From contig JAZDFD010000028.1 of the NCBI GenBank assembly GCA_043808155.1, forward strand, positions 1-64,000: DNA of 64,000 bases, written 5' to 3'. The translations under genes were made by a program, and so were the position numbers. The notes beneath the pieces are model-generated. The model was given only the letters and a program-made list of their open reading frames with translations, did no database searches and was not told where the DNA came from. The first letter of the stretch is position 1; the number at the start of each line of letters is the position of its first letter. Source of the stretch: Candidatus Iainarchaeum sp. (lineage in GTDB: Archaea; Iainarchaeota; Iainarchaeia; Iainarchaeales; JAZDFD01). Below, piece after piece: positions 50,715 through 60,073 of the stretch.

Positions 50715-50719
50715 TATTT

Positions 50720-50806
50720 ATGAATACGGGAAAAAATTATTACCGCAGTATCGAACGAAGTGAAGATACTGCACATAAATCGGAGCACCCGTACGAAATC
50801 GGGTAG
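50720..50806 (+). CDS. Bridging mini-ORF spanning element copy C
   Basis: MNTGKNYYRSIERSEDTAHKSEHPYEIG*. Confidence 0.45.
   Translation: MNTGKNYYRSIERSEDTAHKSEHPYEIG
50735..50804 (+). repeat. Intergenic hairpin element, copy C (rps3/rpl29)
   Basis: AATTATTACC-GCAGTATC GAACGAAGTGAA GATACTGC-ACATAAATCGGAGCACCCGTACGAAATCGGGT. Confidence 0.92.
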
Positions 50807-50814
50807 TGATAGTT

Positions 50815-51024
50815 ATGACAAATAAAGAAGCTAAATCATTCAGGGAGCTTCCAAAAGAAGAACTGAATGAAAAATTAGTGGATTTGCAAACAGAGCTTGC
50901 AAAAGAAAGAGCAACAGTTGCGTCTGGTACGCGACCTGAAAATCCTGGGAACATCAGGAAGCTCAGAAGAAATATTGCAAGACTTAAAACAATAATTAAT
51001 GAAAAAAATGAGGTGACTAAGTAG
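50815..51024 (+). CDS. rpl29: Ribosomal protein uL29
   Basis: ENPGNIRKLRRNIARLKT. Confidence 0.94.
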   Translation: MTNKEAKSFRELPKEELNEKLVDLQTELAKERATVASGTRPENPGNIRKLRRNIARLKTIINEKNEVTK

Positions 51025-51026
51025 CA

Positions 51027-51329
51027 ATGGAAGATATTTGTCCTAAATGCGGTCTCCCGCAAAACCTTTGTGTTTGCCAGGAGATTGCGAAGGAAAGCCA
51101 AAAAATAAAAATAAGAACTGACAAAAGAAGATTTGGTAAATTAGTGACAATTGTTTCGGGTTTGGATGAATCAAAAAGTGCAGATCAATTATGCAAGGAA
51201 CTAAAAAGAAAACTTGCGTGTGGTGGCACTGTGAGAAACTCGGAAATTTTATTGCAAGGAAACCATAGTAAAAAAGTGAAAGCCTTTCTGCTAAAGCAGG
51301 GATATAAAGAGGAATTAATTGATGATTAA
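51027..51329 (+). CDS. Translation initiation factor aIF1/SUI1
   Basis: CPKCGLP..LCVC, LACGGT and LQGNH. Confidence 0.95.
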   Translation: MEDICPKCGLPQNLCVCQEIAKESQKIKIRTDKRRFGKLVTIVSGLDESKSADQLCKELKRKLACGGTVRNSEILLQGNHSKKVKAFLLKQGYKEELIDD

Positions 51330-51633
51330 GGGAAAACATTATGAAATAACACAAAAAAATCTGCCTGCACATGAGCTTATCGGGCTTAATGCAAAGGTTG
51401 TGAAAAGTGTTGATTCAAAAAAAACCGGAGTTAAGGGAAAAGTTGTAAATGAAACAAAAAATATTCTGGAATTGGAGAACAACAGCGTTATAAAAAAAAT
51501 CCCGAAAAAAGAAGTTGTGTTTGAATTTGAAATTGGAAATGAAAAAATTATAATTGACGGAAAAATGTTAAATGAAAAACCAGAGAATCGTGTAAAGGAG
51601 TTTTGGAGGAAATACCATGGAAAACTGCAATGA
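51319..51633 (+). CDS. rnp1: RNase P protein component 1 (Rpp29)
   Basis: HELIGL..G..GKVVNETKN..IPK..PENR. Confidence 0.92.
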   Translation: MMIKGKHYEITQKNLPAHELIGLNAKVVKSVDSKKTGVKGKVVNETKNILELENNSVIKKIPKKEVVFEFEIGNEKIIIDGKMLNEKPENRVKEFWRKYHGKLQ

Positions 51634-51952
51634 CCCAAAGTGCCCAAAATGCGGCAATATCAAAGTAAGGGGCAATATTTTCACAGGTATTGTAACATCT
51701 GCAAAAGCAGATAAGACAGTCACTGTTGAAAGACAGTTAGTTAAAAAAGTTAGAAAATATGAAAGATACAAAAAAATAAGATCCAAAATCCATGCACACA
51801 ATTCAAAATGTGTTTCAGCAAAAGAAGGCGACACAGTAAGAATTGGAGAAACAAGAAAATTAAGCAAAACAAAAAGTTTTGTTGTGATGGACATTCTTAA
51901 CAAAGGGTCAGATGAAAAGCCAAAAACAGATAAGAAAAAGGTGAAAAAATGA
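51617..51952 (+). CDS. rps17: Ribosomal protein uS17
   Basis: CNDPKCP, KYERY and ETRKLSKTK. Confidence 0.95.
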   Translation: MENCNDPKCPKCGNIKVRGNIFTGIVTSAKADKTVTVERQLVKKVRKYERYKKIRSKIHAHNSKCVSAKEGDTVRIGETRKLSKTKSFVVMDILNKGSDEKPKTDKKKVKK

Positions 51953-52347
51953 AAGCAATCAGCGCCAGAAGGACCATGGGTTTAACACAAAAAAGCAGAT
52001 GCGTTTGCGCAGACAACTCAGGCGCAAAAGAGGTTGAAATCATCACAGTTTTTGGTCACAAATCAAGAAAAAAGATGAGTCCAAAAGGCGGAATCGCAGA
52101 TATGGTTAATGTTGTTGTAAAAAAAGGAAAACCCGAAATCAGAAAAAAAGTTGAGCGTGCAGTTATTGTAAGAGTGAAACAAGAATACAGAAGAGCAAAT
52201 GGCATGAGAGTAAAATTCGAAGACAATGCAGTTGTTCTTGTGGATAATAAGGGAATTCCTAAAGGAAGTGAAATTAAAGGTGCAGTTGCAAAAGAAGCTG
52301 CAGAAAGATGGGTAAAAATCGGGGGCATTGCCTCAGTAGTAGTATAG
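51949..52347 (+). CDS. rpl14: Ribosomal protein uL14
   Basis: ADNSGAK, FEDNAVV and KGSEIKG. Confidence 0.96.
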   Translation: MKAISARRTMGLTQKSRCVCADNSGAKEVEIITVFGHKSRKKMSPKGGIADMVNVVVKKGKPEIRKKVERAVIVRVKQEYRRANGMRVKFEDNAVVLVDNKGIPKGSEIKGAVAKEAAERWVKIGGIASVVV

Positions 52348-52356
52348 GTGGATTAA

Positions 52357-52833
52357 ATGAAAAGCTCAAAACCAAGAAAACAAAGAAAAGCGCTTTACAC
52401 AAGAACTGTTCATAAAAAACAGAATGACTTAGCAGGGCATCTGAGTAAAGAACTCAGAAAAGAGCTGAAACAAAGATCAATTCCTCTGAGAAAAGAAGAC
52501 AAAGTTAAGATTATGAGAGGGTCACACAAGGCAAGAGAAGGAAAAATAATTGATGTTAATTACACCAAGGGATTTGTGTATATTGAAAAAGTTATCAGAA
52601 AAAAGGCAGACGGAACTGAAGTGCCGGTGCCGGTAAGAGCGTCAAATGTAATGGTTGTTGGCCTTTACAGAGATGATGACAGAAGAATTAAAAGAAAAAC
52701 TCTGAAAAAAGTCACAAAATCCGAAAAAAAAGACAAGAAAGAAAAAGCTTATGACAAAAAAGCATATACAAAAGTGAAAGAAGAGAAATCTGAAAAAAAG
52801 GAAGATAATAAAGCTAAGGCGAAGGTGAAATAA
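52357..52833 (+). CDS. rpl24: Ribosomal protein uL24 with charged C-terminal tail
   Basis: SSKPRKQRK, LSKELR and KOW motif. Confidence 0.95.
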   Translation: MKSSKPRKQRKALYTRTVHKKQNDLAGHLSKELRKELKQRSIPLRKEDKVKIMRGSHKAREGKIIDVNYTKGFVYIEKVIRKKADGTEVPVPVRASNVMVVGLYRDDDRRIKRKTLKKVTKSEKKDKKEKAYDKKAYTKVKEEKSEKKEDNKAKAKVK

Positions 52834-53552
52834 TGGCTAAAAAAGGAAGCAAAAAATCAGAAAAAAGAATAAGCACTGATAAAGTCAGAAACATAAAGAA
52901 AAAAGAAAAAACATGGACAATAAAGGCAGAGCCAGGACCTCACAAAAAATCAACTTCCGTACCTTTAGGTTTTATTTTGAGAGACCTTCTTGAAGTAGCA
53001 CAAAATTTGAGAGAAGTTAAACAGATACTTAACAGTAAAAGCGTCAAAGTAGACGGAACTTTAAGAACAAGTTACAGATTCCCTGTAGGTCTTTTCGATG
53101 TTGTTTCATTCAACAAAGATAAAAAAGGCTACAGATTAGTTTATGATTTTAAAGGCAGATTAATGGTCAAGGAAATTGAAGGCAAAGAACTTAACAAAAA
53201 AATATGTAAAATTACTAATAAAAAAACAGGGAAAACAGGAATTACTGAACTTGTAACAAATGATGGAAGAATATTCAAAGAAAAAAATGCGAAATACAAA
53301 GTTGGTGATTCATTAGAAATTGAACTTCCCGGCCAGAAAATTTCAAAGTCACTTGAATTCGCAAAAGGGAACACAGCATATGTTTCAGGCGGAACGCACA
53401 TTTCAGCAATGGGAAAAATAACAGAAATTGTTGCAGGAACAATGAAAAGAAAAACACTTGTTACATTGAAGACTGCAGACAAAGAAGAGTTCAGTACAAC
53501 TGAAAATAACATAATTGTTATTGGTAAAGAGAAAGGGGAAATAGATATTTAA
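52833..53552 (+). CDS. rps4e: Ribosomal protein eS4
   Basis: PGPH, VKVDG..FPVGLFDV and GGTH. Confidence 0.95.
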   Translation: MAKKGSKKSEKRISTDKVRNIKKKEKTWTIKAEPGPHKKSTSVPLGFILRDLLEVAQNLREVKQILNSKSVKVDGTLRTSYRFPVGLFDVVSFNKDKKGYRLVYDFKGRLMVKEIEGKELNKKICKITNKKTGKTGITELVTNDGRIFKEKNAKYKVGDSLEIELPGQKISKSLEFAKGNTAYVSGGTHISAMGKITEIVAGTMKRKTLVTLKTADKEEFSTTENNIIVIGKEKGEIDI

Positions 53553-53559
53553 AATTAGA

Positions 53560-54081
53560 GTGAGTTTTATGACAGAAAATACAATGCGCACAATCATTGT
53601 CGAGAAAGTTACTGTAAATATGGGTGTAGGCCAAGCTGGCGACGAACTCAAAAAATCAAAAACAGTAATTGAGACAATTACAGGTGCAAAAGCAATTGAA
53701 ACAAAGTGTAAAGTTAAACAACCAAAATGGGACATCAGACCAGGTTTACCTATTGGAATTAAAGTTACACTTAGAAAAAAACAGGCAACTGACTTTTTGA
53801 AACGTGCGATTAATGCAAAGCAAAACATAATCAAAAAAAAGAGTTTTGATATGCAGGGTAACTTCGGATTTGGAATCAAAGAACATATTGATCTTCCAGG
53901 AGTTAAATATGACCCTAAATTAGGAATACGGGGTCTTGATGTTTTAGTAACACTTAAAAGAAACGGACAGCGTGTTAAGAAAAGAAAAATTGCAAAAACA
54001 AAAATTGGCAAAAAGCACATAATAACAAAAAAAGACGCAATGCAATTCATGAAAGAACAATTTGGAGTTGAAGTTGAATGA
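53560..54081 (+). CDS. rpl5: Ribosomal protein uL5
   Basis: IGIKVTLR and [20 protein letters not shown]. Confidence 0.96.
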   Translation: MSFMTENTMRTIIVEKVTVNMGVGQAGDELKKSKTVIETITGAKAIETKCKVKQPKWDIRPGLPIGIKVTLRKKQATDFLKRAINAKQNIIKKKSFDMQGNFGFGIKEHIDLPGVKYDPKLGIRGLDVLVTLKRNGQRVKKRKIAKTKIGKKHIITKKDAMQFMKEQFGVEVE

Positions 54082-54248
54082 GTTCCAAAACAAAAGGTCC
54101 AAAAAAAGATCTAAAAAAAGAAAAACAAGCAAGAGTATGCACAAATTGCGGGACTAGAAATGCAATCATAAGAAAATACAATCTCAATGTCTGCAGAAGA
54201 TGCTTTAAAGAATTAGCAGAAAAATTAGGCTTTAGGAAATATGGTTAA
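54078..54248 (+). CDS. rps14: Ribosomal protein uS14 (56 aa, not in the ORF track)
   Basis: CTNCG...[25 protein letters not shown]; lies between L5 and S8. Confidence 0.94.
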   Translation: MSSKTKGPKKDLKKEKQARVCTNCGTRNAIIRKYNLNVCRRCFKELAEKLGFRKYG

Positions 54249-54255
54249 ATGAGGG

Positions 54256-54657
54256 GTGGTAAAAATGACATTAGTAGATCCAATAGCAAACGCAATGATA
54301 AGCATTAAGAATAGCGACATTGCCTCAAAAAAAGAATGTATATTTCGACCTGCATCAAAACTTCTGGGAAAAATCTTAGAAGTTATGCAAAAAAAAGGAT
54401 ACATCGGAATTTATGAATTCATAGATGACGGACAAGAAGGTATTTACAAAATAGAACTTAAAGGAAAAATTAATGATTGTAAAGCAATAAAGCCAAGATA
54501 TGCAGTTAAGAAAGATGGATTTGAAAAATTTGAAAAAAGATATTTACCTTCAAAGGATGTTGGAATTTTGATTGTTTCAACACCAGAGGGTGTATTAACA
54601 CATAAAGAAGCAAAGGAATCCAATGTCGGGGGCAGATTATTAGCTTATATTTATTAA
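54256..54657 (+). CDS. rps8: Ribosomal protein uS8
   Basis: DPIANA, IKPRY and STPEG..GGRLLAY. Confidence 0.96.
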   Translation: MVKMTLVDPIANAMISIKNSDIASKKECIFRPASKLLGKILEVMQKKGYIGIYEFIDDGQEGIYKIELKGKINDCKAIKPRYAVKKDGFEKFEKRYLPSKDVGILIVSTPEGVLTHKEAKESNVGGRLLAYIY

Positions 54658-54668
54658 TGGTGTTTTGA

Positions 54669-55211
54669 ATGAAAACAGGATTTGTGGAAGAAATAATTGA
54701 AGTGCCGGAAGGCATTGAATGTGAAATTCAGAAAAAGACAGTTACTGTTAAGAAAGGAGATAAAACAATCACAAAAACATTTGATATGATTGGAGTAGTT
54801 TTCAAAAAAGAAGGGAACAGAGTTCAGATTTCCACAAAATATCCTAAGAAAAAAACTGCAGCAATGCTGAAAACAGCAGCGGCTCATTTGAAAAATATGA
54901 TTAACGGACTTCAGGAAGAATATGTGTATAAGCTCGCAATTATTTATTCACACTTTCCAATGACTGTTACAGTTAAAGATGGATTTTTAGAAATAAACAA
55001 CTTTGCAGGTGAGAAAAAAACCAGAAAAGCAAAGATTATGGCTAATACAAAAGTTGAAGTTAAGGGGAAAGAAGTTACAGTTAGATCACATAACAAGGAA
55101 AATGCAGGTCAGACTACGGCAAATATTGAATCTGCAACAAAAGTAAAAGGAAAAGATAAAAGAATTTTTCAAGATGGCATTTGGATTACTGAAAAACCAA
55201 AGAAAAGATAA
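54669..55211 (+). CDS. rpl6: Ribosomal protein uL6
   Basis: YSHFPM, NFAGEK, GQTTANIE and DKRIFQDGI. Confidence 0.96.
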   Translation: MKTGFVEEIIEVPEGIECEIQKKTVTVKKGDKTITKTFDMIGVVFKKEGNRVQISTKYPKKKTAAMLKTAAAHLKNMINGLQEEYVYKLAIIYSHFPMTVTVKDGFLEINNFAGEKKTRKAKIMANTKVEVKGKEVTVRSHNKENAGQTTANIESATKVKGKDKRIFQDGIWITEKPKKR

Positions 55212-55774
55212 TGGGTGAAAACATGGCAACTGCAGAAAAACACAAAACTGATAAAAAAGAAGTGACGAAAGCAAAGAAAACATCAGTTACAACAAAAAAA
55301 GCAGATACTAAAACAAAAACTGCAGAAAAAAAAGAAACAACTGCAAAGAAAAAAACTGCAGAAAAAAAACCAGGTGCTAAAAAAACAATTAAAAAAAGCA
55401 GTGCTGCAAAAAAAGCACAGGCATTAATTAAAAAGAAAGTTAAGAAACCAAGTTTCAGAGGAAGATTTGGTTCGAGAAAATTCAGAAGAAAAAGTAACGC
55501 AAAATGGGACAAATGGAGAAAACCGCGTGGTATTGATATCAAAGACACCCAGGAAAACGGAACTAGTCCAAGAACAGGTTATGGTACTTGCAAACTCATA
55601 AAGACTATGCACCCTTCAGGATATTATGAAAAAATGATATTTAATCCAAGAGATTTGGACGGTATTGATGCAGAAAGATTTGCATTGAGAATTTCAGCAG
55701 GTGTAGGAAAGAAAAAAAGGTCTGAAATTGCAAAAAAAGCAAGGGAAATGGGACTACGTATTTTAAACAGGTGA
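55211..55774 (+). CDS. rpl32e: Ribosomal protein eL32 with Lys/Thr/Ala-rich N-terminal extension
   Basis: WRKPRGID, GYG and HPSG. Confidence 0.94.
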   Translation: MGENMATAEKHKTDKKEVTKAKKTSVTTKKADTKTKTAEKKETTAKKKTAEKKPGAKKTIKKSSAAKKAQALIKKKVKKPSFRGRFGSRKFRRKSNAKWDKWRKPRGIDIKDTQENGTSPRTGYGTCKLIKTMHPSGYYEKMIFNPRDLDGIDAERFALRISAGVGKKKRSEIAKKAREMGLRILNR

Positions 55775-55778
55775 AAAA

Positions 55779-55856
55779 ATGATTTACAAAAAAAATTATT
55801 ACCGTGGGATTGTAAATCCCACACATAAATCGGAGCACCCGTACGAAATCGGGTAG
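55779..55856 (+). CDS. Bridging mini-ORF spanning element copy D
   Basis: MIYKKNYYRGIVNPTHKSEHPYEIG* after AGGTGA. Confidence 0.45.
   Translation: MIYKKNYYRGIVNPTHKSEHPYEIG
55794..55854 (+). repeat. Intergenic hairpin element, copy D (rpl32e/rpl19e)
   Basis: AATTATTACC-GTGGGATT GTA AATCCCAC-ACATAAATCGGAGCACCCGTACGAAATCGGGT. Confidence 0.92.
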
Positions 55857-55865
55857 GTGAAATGA

Positions 55866-56306
55866 ATGAAACTAGACCAAGTAAAGAGATTAGCCGCAGA
55901 TGTTCTTAACGTGGGCGTAACCAGAATATGGATTGACCCTAAAGAAGTTGGGAATGTTGCAGAAGTTATTACAAAAGATGATGTAAGAGCTTTAGTTGCA
56001 GACGGAGTAATCAAGAAAAGAAGAGTGCAGGCACAAAGCCACGGCCATGCACGTTTATTAGCTGAAAAGAAAAGTAAAGGTCTGAAAAAAGGAAAAGGTA
56101 AAAGAAAAGGAAAAGTTAATGCAAGAACACATAGAAAGAAAAAGTGGATTAAAACAGTCCGTGCACAAAGAGATGAACTTAAAAAACTTAAAACAGAAAA
56201 CCCTGAAGCAGTTGCAGAAGCAAATTACCATTCTATTTACAGAAGAATAAAAGGCGGATATTACAAAGGTAGAAAATACGTGAGAAGCGCAGTACTTAAG
56301 AAGTGA
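55866..56306 (+). CDS. rpl19e: Ribosomal protein eL19
   Basis: KRLAADVL.VG..RIWIDP, W...R.QR and Y...KGG. Confidence 0.95.
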   Translation: MKLDQVKRLAADVLNVGVTRIWIDPKEVGNVAEVITKDDVRALVADGVIKKRRVQAQSHGHARLLAEKKSKGLKKGKGKRKGKVNARTHRKKKWIKTVRAQRDELKKLKTENPEAVAEANYHSIYRRIKGGYYKGRKYVRSAVLKK

Positions 56307-56311
56307 TGATT

Positions 56312-56416
56312 ATGAATTTAGAAGAAAATTATTACCGTGGTTTTGAGCAAAACGAAAAACCACACATAACTCGGAGCACCCGTACGAAATCGGGTAGTGC
56401 AATACTTAAGAAGTGA
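56312..56416 (+). CDS. Bridging mini-ORF spanning element copy E
   Basis: MNLEENYYRGFEQNEKPHITRSTRTKSGSAILKK*; ends in a duplicate of the rpl19e C-terminus; an in-frame ATG also overlaps the rpl19e stop at 56306. Confidence 0.45.
   Translation: MNLEENYYRGFEQNEKPHITRSTRTKSGSAILKK
56327..56395 (+). repeat. Intergenic hairpin element, copy E (rpl19e/rpl18)
   Basis: AATTATTACC-GTGGTTTT GAGCAAAACGA AAAACCAC-ACATAACTCGGAGCACCCGTACGAAATCGGGT; flanked by a 22 bp near-duplicate. Confidence 0.92.
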
Positions 56417-56422
56417 TAAATT

Positions 56423-57010
56423 ATGGCAAACAAAGCAACATACGATGTTCAATTCAAAAGAAGAAGCAATGGTAAAACCAATTACAAAAAAAGACTGGCA
56501 TTAGTTAAATCAGGAAAGCCAAGATTAGTTGTAAGGAAAACCAACAGCAGAATAATTGTACAGATTATTGCATATGAGAGACCCGGTGACAAGGTTATTG
56601 TAAGTGCAACATCAGTACAGCTTAAAAAATATGGCTGGGCAGGAAACAAAAATATACCTTCAGCATATTTAACAGGATTACTTTGCGGAATGCGCGCAAA
56701 AGAAGCAAAAATTAATCAAGCAGTTTTAGATATTGGATTTAGAACACCTGTTCACATGTCAGTTCCATTCGCAGCACTAAAAGGTGCACTGGATGCAGGG
56801 CTTGACATTCCATTTGATGAAACCGCACTTCCAAAAGAAGACAGAATCACAGGAAAACATATTGAAAACTATGCAAATTCATTGGATAGCGAAGAAATTA
56901 ACAAAAAGTTTTCAAAAATGATTAAAAATAATGTAAATCCAAAAGAAATTACAAAAATATTCCAAAATACTAAAGAGAAAATTGTGGGAAACAGTAATGT
57001 AAAAGAGTGA
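56423..57010 (+). CDS. rpl18: Ribosomal protein uL18
   Basis: GKTNYKKRL, RLVVRKTN, SAYLTG and LKGALDAG. Confidence 0.96.
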   Translation: MANKATYDVQFKRRSNGKTNYKKRLALVKSGKPRLVVRKTNSRIIVQIIAYERPGDKVIVSATSVQLKKYGWAGNKNIPSAYLTGLLCGMRAKEAKINQAVLDIGFRTPVHMSVPFAALKGALDAGLDIPFDETALPKEDRITGKHIENYANSLDSEEINKKFSKMIKNNVNPKEITKIFQNTKEKIVGNSNVKE

Positions 57011-57014
57011 TGAT

Positions 57015-57707
57015 ATGGCAGTTAGAAGAAGACAAACCGCAGAAGAGAGAGAATCCAAAAGGCTGAAAGATAAAGAGCAGGAACTGATTAAATGGGTGGC
57101 TAAAACAAAATTAGGCAAAATGGTACAGAATGAAGAAATCAAATCATTAGACGAAGTCTTTGCTAAAAATATGAAAATACTTGAACCGGAAATTGTTGAT
57201 ACACTTTTGAGCCTTGAAGAAGAAATGGTTGACTTTAAGAAAACTTCCAGAGTTGTAAGAGCAGGAAGAAAATTTTCATTCCGTGTTACAATGCTTGTTG
57301 GTGATAAAAACAAGTATGTGGGATACGGAACTGCAAAAGATGTTGAAAGATTCCCTGCAATGAGAAAGGCAGTCAGAAAAGCAAAACTTAATCTTGTAGA
57401 AGTTAAGAAAGGCTGCGGAAGCTGGGAATGCACCTGCGGTGCCGAGCATTCAGTACCTTTTGAAGTTGAAGGGAAATGTGCATCAGTACATGTGCGATTA
57501 ATACCTGCACCAAAAGGAGTTGGATTAGTTGCAGGTGACAATATTAAAAAAGTGCTTGAAATGGCAGGTCTGAAAGATGTATGGACAAAAACATCAGGCA
57601 ACACAAGAACAAAATTGAATTTTGTTATTGCTGCAGTTGACGCACTTTCAAAAACAGGGAAAATGAGAATGTCAGATGACATTGCAAAAAAGTTTGAACA
57701 CAAGTGA
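57015..57707 (+). CDS. rps5: Ribosomal protein uS5
   Basis: W..KTKLG, GCGSWEC and PAPKGVGLV. Confidence 0.96.
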   Translation: MAVRRRQTAEERESKRLKDKEQELIKWVAKTKLGKMVQNEEIKSLDEVFAKNMKILEPEIVDTLLSLEEEMVDFKKTSRVVRAGRKFSFRVTMLVGDKNKYVGYGTAKDVERFPAMRKAVRKAKLNLVEVKKGCGSWECTCGAEHSVPFEVEGKCASVHVRLIPAPKGVGLVAGDNIKKVLEMAGLKDVWTKTSGNTRTKLNFVIAAVDALSKTGKMRMSDDIAKKFEHK

Positions 57708-58174
57708 TGATTATGTATGTGGTTATAAGAATAAGAGGAAATGTCAGAGTAAGAGATAAATTAGAGGATACTCTTGGAATGCTAAGACTTAACAGAGTTA
57801 ATCATGCAGTTCTTGTTCCTGAGGGAAAACAATACAAAAACATGGTGCGAAAAGTTGAGCCATTTATAACATACGGTGAAATCAATGTAGAAATGCTTGA
57901 AAAGATGCTTGCAAAACGCGGTAAAACAGAAACAGGAAAGAAATTAACAAGTGAATTTTTGAAGGAAATTAAATTTGCATCAATGAAGGACTTAGCAGAC
58001 GCAGTTATTTCAGGAAAAACTACACTGAAAAAACTCGGAATTAAACCTGTGTTCAGATTACACCCTCCAAAAAAAGGTCACATGAGACAGGGGATAAAGA
58101 AAAATTATAGTTTAGGCGGAGCTGCAGGTTACAGAGCCTCAGATATAAATGTTTTAGTTAAGAAAATGATTTAG
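57704..58174 (+). CDS. rpl30: Ribosomal protein uL30
   Basis: IRIRG, ITYGEI and FRLHPPKKG. Confidence 0.95.
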   Translation: MMIMYVVIRIRGNVRVRDKLEDTLGMLRLNRVNHAVLVPEGKQYKNMVRKVEPFITYGEINVEMLEKMLAKRGKTETGKKLTSEFLKEIKFASMKDLADAVISGKTTLKKLGIKPVFRLHPPKKGHMRQGIKKNYSLGGAAGYRASDINVLVKKMI

Positions 58175-58182
58175 GTGTCTTT

Positions 58183-58692
58183 ATGGTTGTAAGAAAACGT
58201 AGAAAGAAAAATACTCTCAGAGGAAACAGAGTTCACGGAAAAGGTGATACCAAAAACAAGAGAGGTGCAGGTTGCAGAGGCGGCAGAGGACGCGCTGGTT
58301 CACACAAACATAAATTCACAAAATACTGGAAAACATTTGGGAAATTTGGAAAATTGAAAGTTAAGAAAACACTTATTGGAATTAACCTTTCAGATCTTGT
58401 TGAGAAACTTCCAAAACTTGTTTTGACAAAGAAAGTTGAACAGGAAAAAGGAGCATACATTATTGACGGAAAGAAATTGAAATTTGACAAGATTTTGGGC
58501 AGAGGTAAACTCAATGAACAATTAATAGTAAAAAATCTTGAAGTAACTAAAAAGGCTGCAGAGATAATTAAAAAGGCAGGCGGAAAAATAGAGAAATTAA
58601 AAGAAGAAATAACAGACAAAGACGTTGAAGAACAAGATGAAGAATTAGCAGACGATGACTTTGAAGAAACATCAGACATGGACGAGAAGTGA
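58183..58692 (+). CDS. rpl15: Ribosomal protein uL15 with acidic tail
   Basis: RGAGCRGGRGRAG, KILGRG and IKKAGG. Confidence 0.95.
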   Translation: MVVRKRRKKNTLRGNRVHGKGDTKNKRGAGCRGGRGRAGSHKHKFTKYWKTFGKFGKLKVKKTLIGINLSDLVEKLPKLVLTKKVEQEKGAYIIDGKKLKFDKILGRGKLNEQLIVKNLEVTKKAAEIIKKAGGKIEKLKEEITDKDVEEQDEELADDDFEETSDMDEK

Positions 58693-58696
58693 TTTT

Positions 58697-60073
58697 GTGG
58701 GAATACTGGATATTTTTGAACCAATTTACAATGCGTTGCCTGAAATAAAGCAGCCTGTGAAGGAAGTTCCACTTAAGAAAAAACTTATCTGGACAGGTCT
58801 TGTTTTACTTTTGTTTTATATAATGGGAAATATTACACTTATTGGTTTAGCAGGTGTGAGAGGAGATGAACTTACAAATCTCCAGATTATTCTTGCAAGT
58901 AATATCGGAACATTAATTACTGCAGGAATCAGCCCTATTGTTTTGTCATCAATTATTTTGCAGTTACTTGTTGGTGGAAAAATCATTGACATTGATTTGT
59001 CACAGCCAAAAGATAAAGCAAGATTTCAGGGTCTGCAAAAATTATTTGCAGTTGCACTTTGTTTATTTGAAGGTGTGATTTACGTTGCATCAGGTATGCT
59101 TGAACCATCTGAAGGGATGTTTTTAATTGTGGTTGCGCAGGTTGCACTTGGTTCAATAATTTTACTTTACTTAGATGAATTAGTTTCAAAATACGGTATT
59201 GGTTCAGGAGTTGGATTGTTTATTGCAGGTGGAGTTACAGGCAGCTTCTTGTGGTTGGTTTTGAGACCTCCGCTTATTGCAGGAGATCCTGGCGGGGCAA
59301 TTTCACAATTCATTGGAAGTCTTGCAACAGGAGTTAATTTTGTTATTTTAATTCCAATCTTGATTGCAATTGCAATTTTCTTAATAATTGTATTTGCAGA
59401 AGGAATGCATGTGAATATTCCGATAACAATGGGCAGAAAAGGAACTGGCGGAAGATTCCCTGTTAAGCTGCTTTATGTTTCAAATATTCCTGTTATTTTA
59501 GCAGTTGCATTATTTGCAAATTTCCAGTGGTGGTCATTAATGAGTGCAGAACTTGATCTTCCACTGATTGGTAAAGGAATCGGATGGGTAATGGGTGGTT
59601 TAGCTTATTATACAACAGCACCATATGGTTTGTTCGCAGATATAATTGACAGAGTTGGTGCAGAAGGCATGCAGGGATTGTTCTTCATGTCAGGTGATTT
59701 ATTCCATGCACTCATTTACATGGTTATTTTGATTGCATCATGTATTATTTTCGGTAAATTTTGGGTTGAAATGGGCGGTCAGGGTGCAGAAGCAGTTTCA
59801 AAGCAGTTAAGCGGAAGCGGAATGTACATCCCGGGATTCAGAAGAGACAGCAGAATCATAAGGCAGGTTCTTGACAGATATATTCCACCGATTGTGATTA
59901 TTGGTTCAATATTTGTTGCATTATTAGCAGGCTTCGGAGATATGACACTGAATAATTTGTCATCAGGAACAGGAATTTTGCTGACAGTTGGTATTGTTTA
60001 CAGACTTTATGAAGAGCTTGCTAAGGAGCAGCTAATGGAAACAAATCCCTTATTCAAGAGGTTTTTTGGATGA
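58697..60073 (+). CDS. secY: Preprotein translocase SecY/Sec61alpha
   Basis: GISPIV, SKYGIGSG, YVSNIPVIL, IPGFR and GTGILLTV; GTG start at 58697 after GTGA. Confidence 0.96.
   Translation: MGILDIFEPIYNALPEIKQPVKEVPLKKKLIWTGLVLLLFYIMGNITLIGLAGVRGDELTNLQIILASNIGTLITAGISPIVLSSIILQLLVGGKIIDIDLSQPKDKARFQGLQKLFAVALCLFEGVIYVASGMLEPSEGMFLIVVAQVALGSIILLYLDELVSKYGIGSGVGLFIAGGVTGSFLWLVLRPPLIAGDPGGAISQFIGSLATGVNFVILIPILIAIAIFLIIVFAEGMHVNIPITMGRKGTGGRFPVKLLYVSNIPVILAVALFANFQWWSLMSAELDLPLIGKGIGWVMGGLAYYTTAPYGLFADIIDRVGAEGMQGLFFMSGDLFHALIYMVILIASCIIFGKFWVEMGGQGAEAVSKQLSGSGMYIPGFRRDSRIIRQVLDRYIPPIVIIGSIFVALLAGFGDMTLNNLSSGTGILLTVGIVYRLYEELAKEQLMETNPLFKRFFG

Noticed and set aside
50240-50788. Phe/Ser-rich antisense ORF, and similar ones at 53403, 56912 and 58233
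   Set aside because: Mirror frames of A-rich ribosomal protein genes
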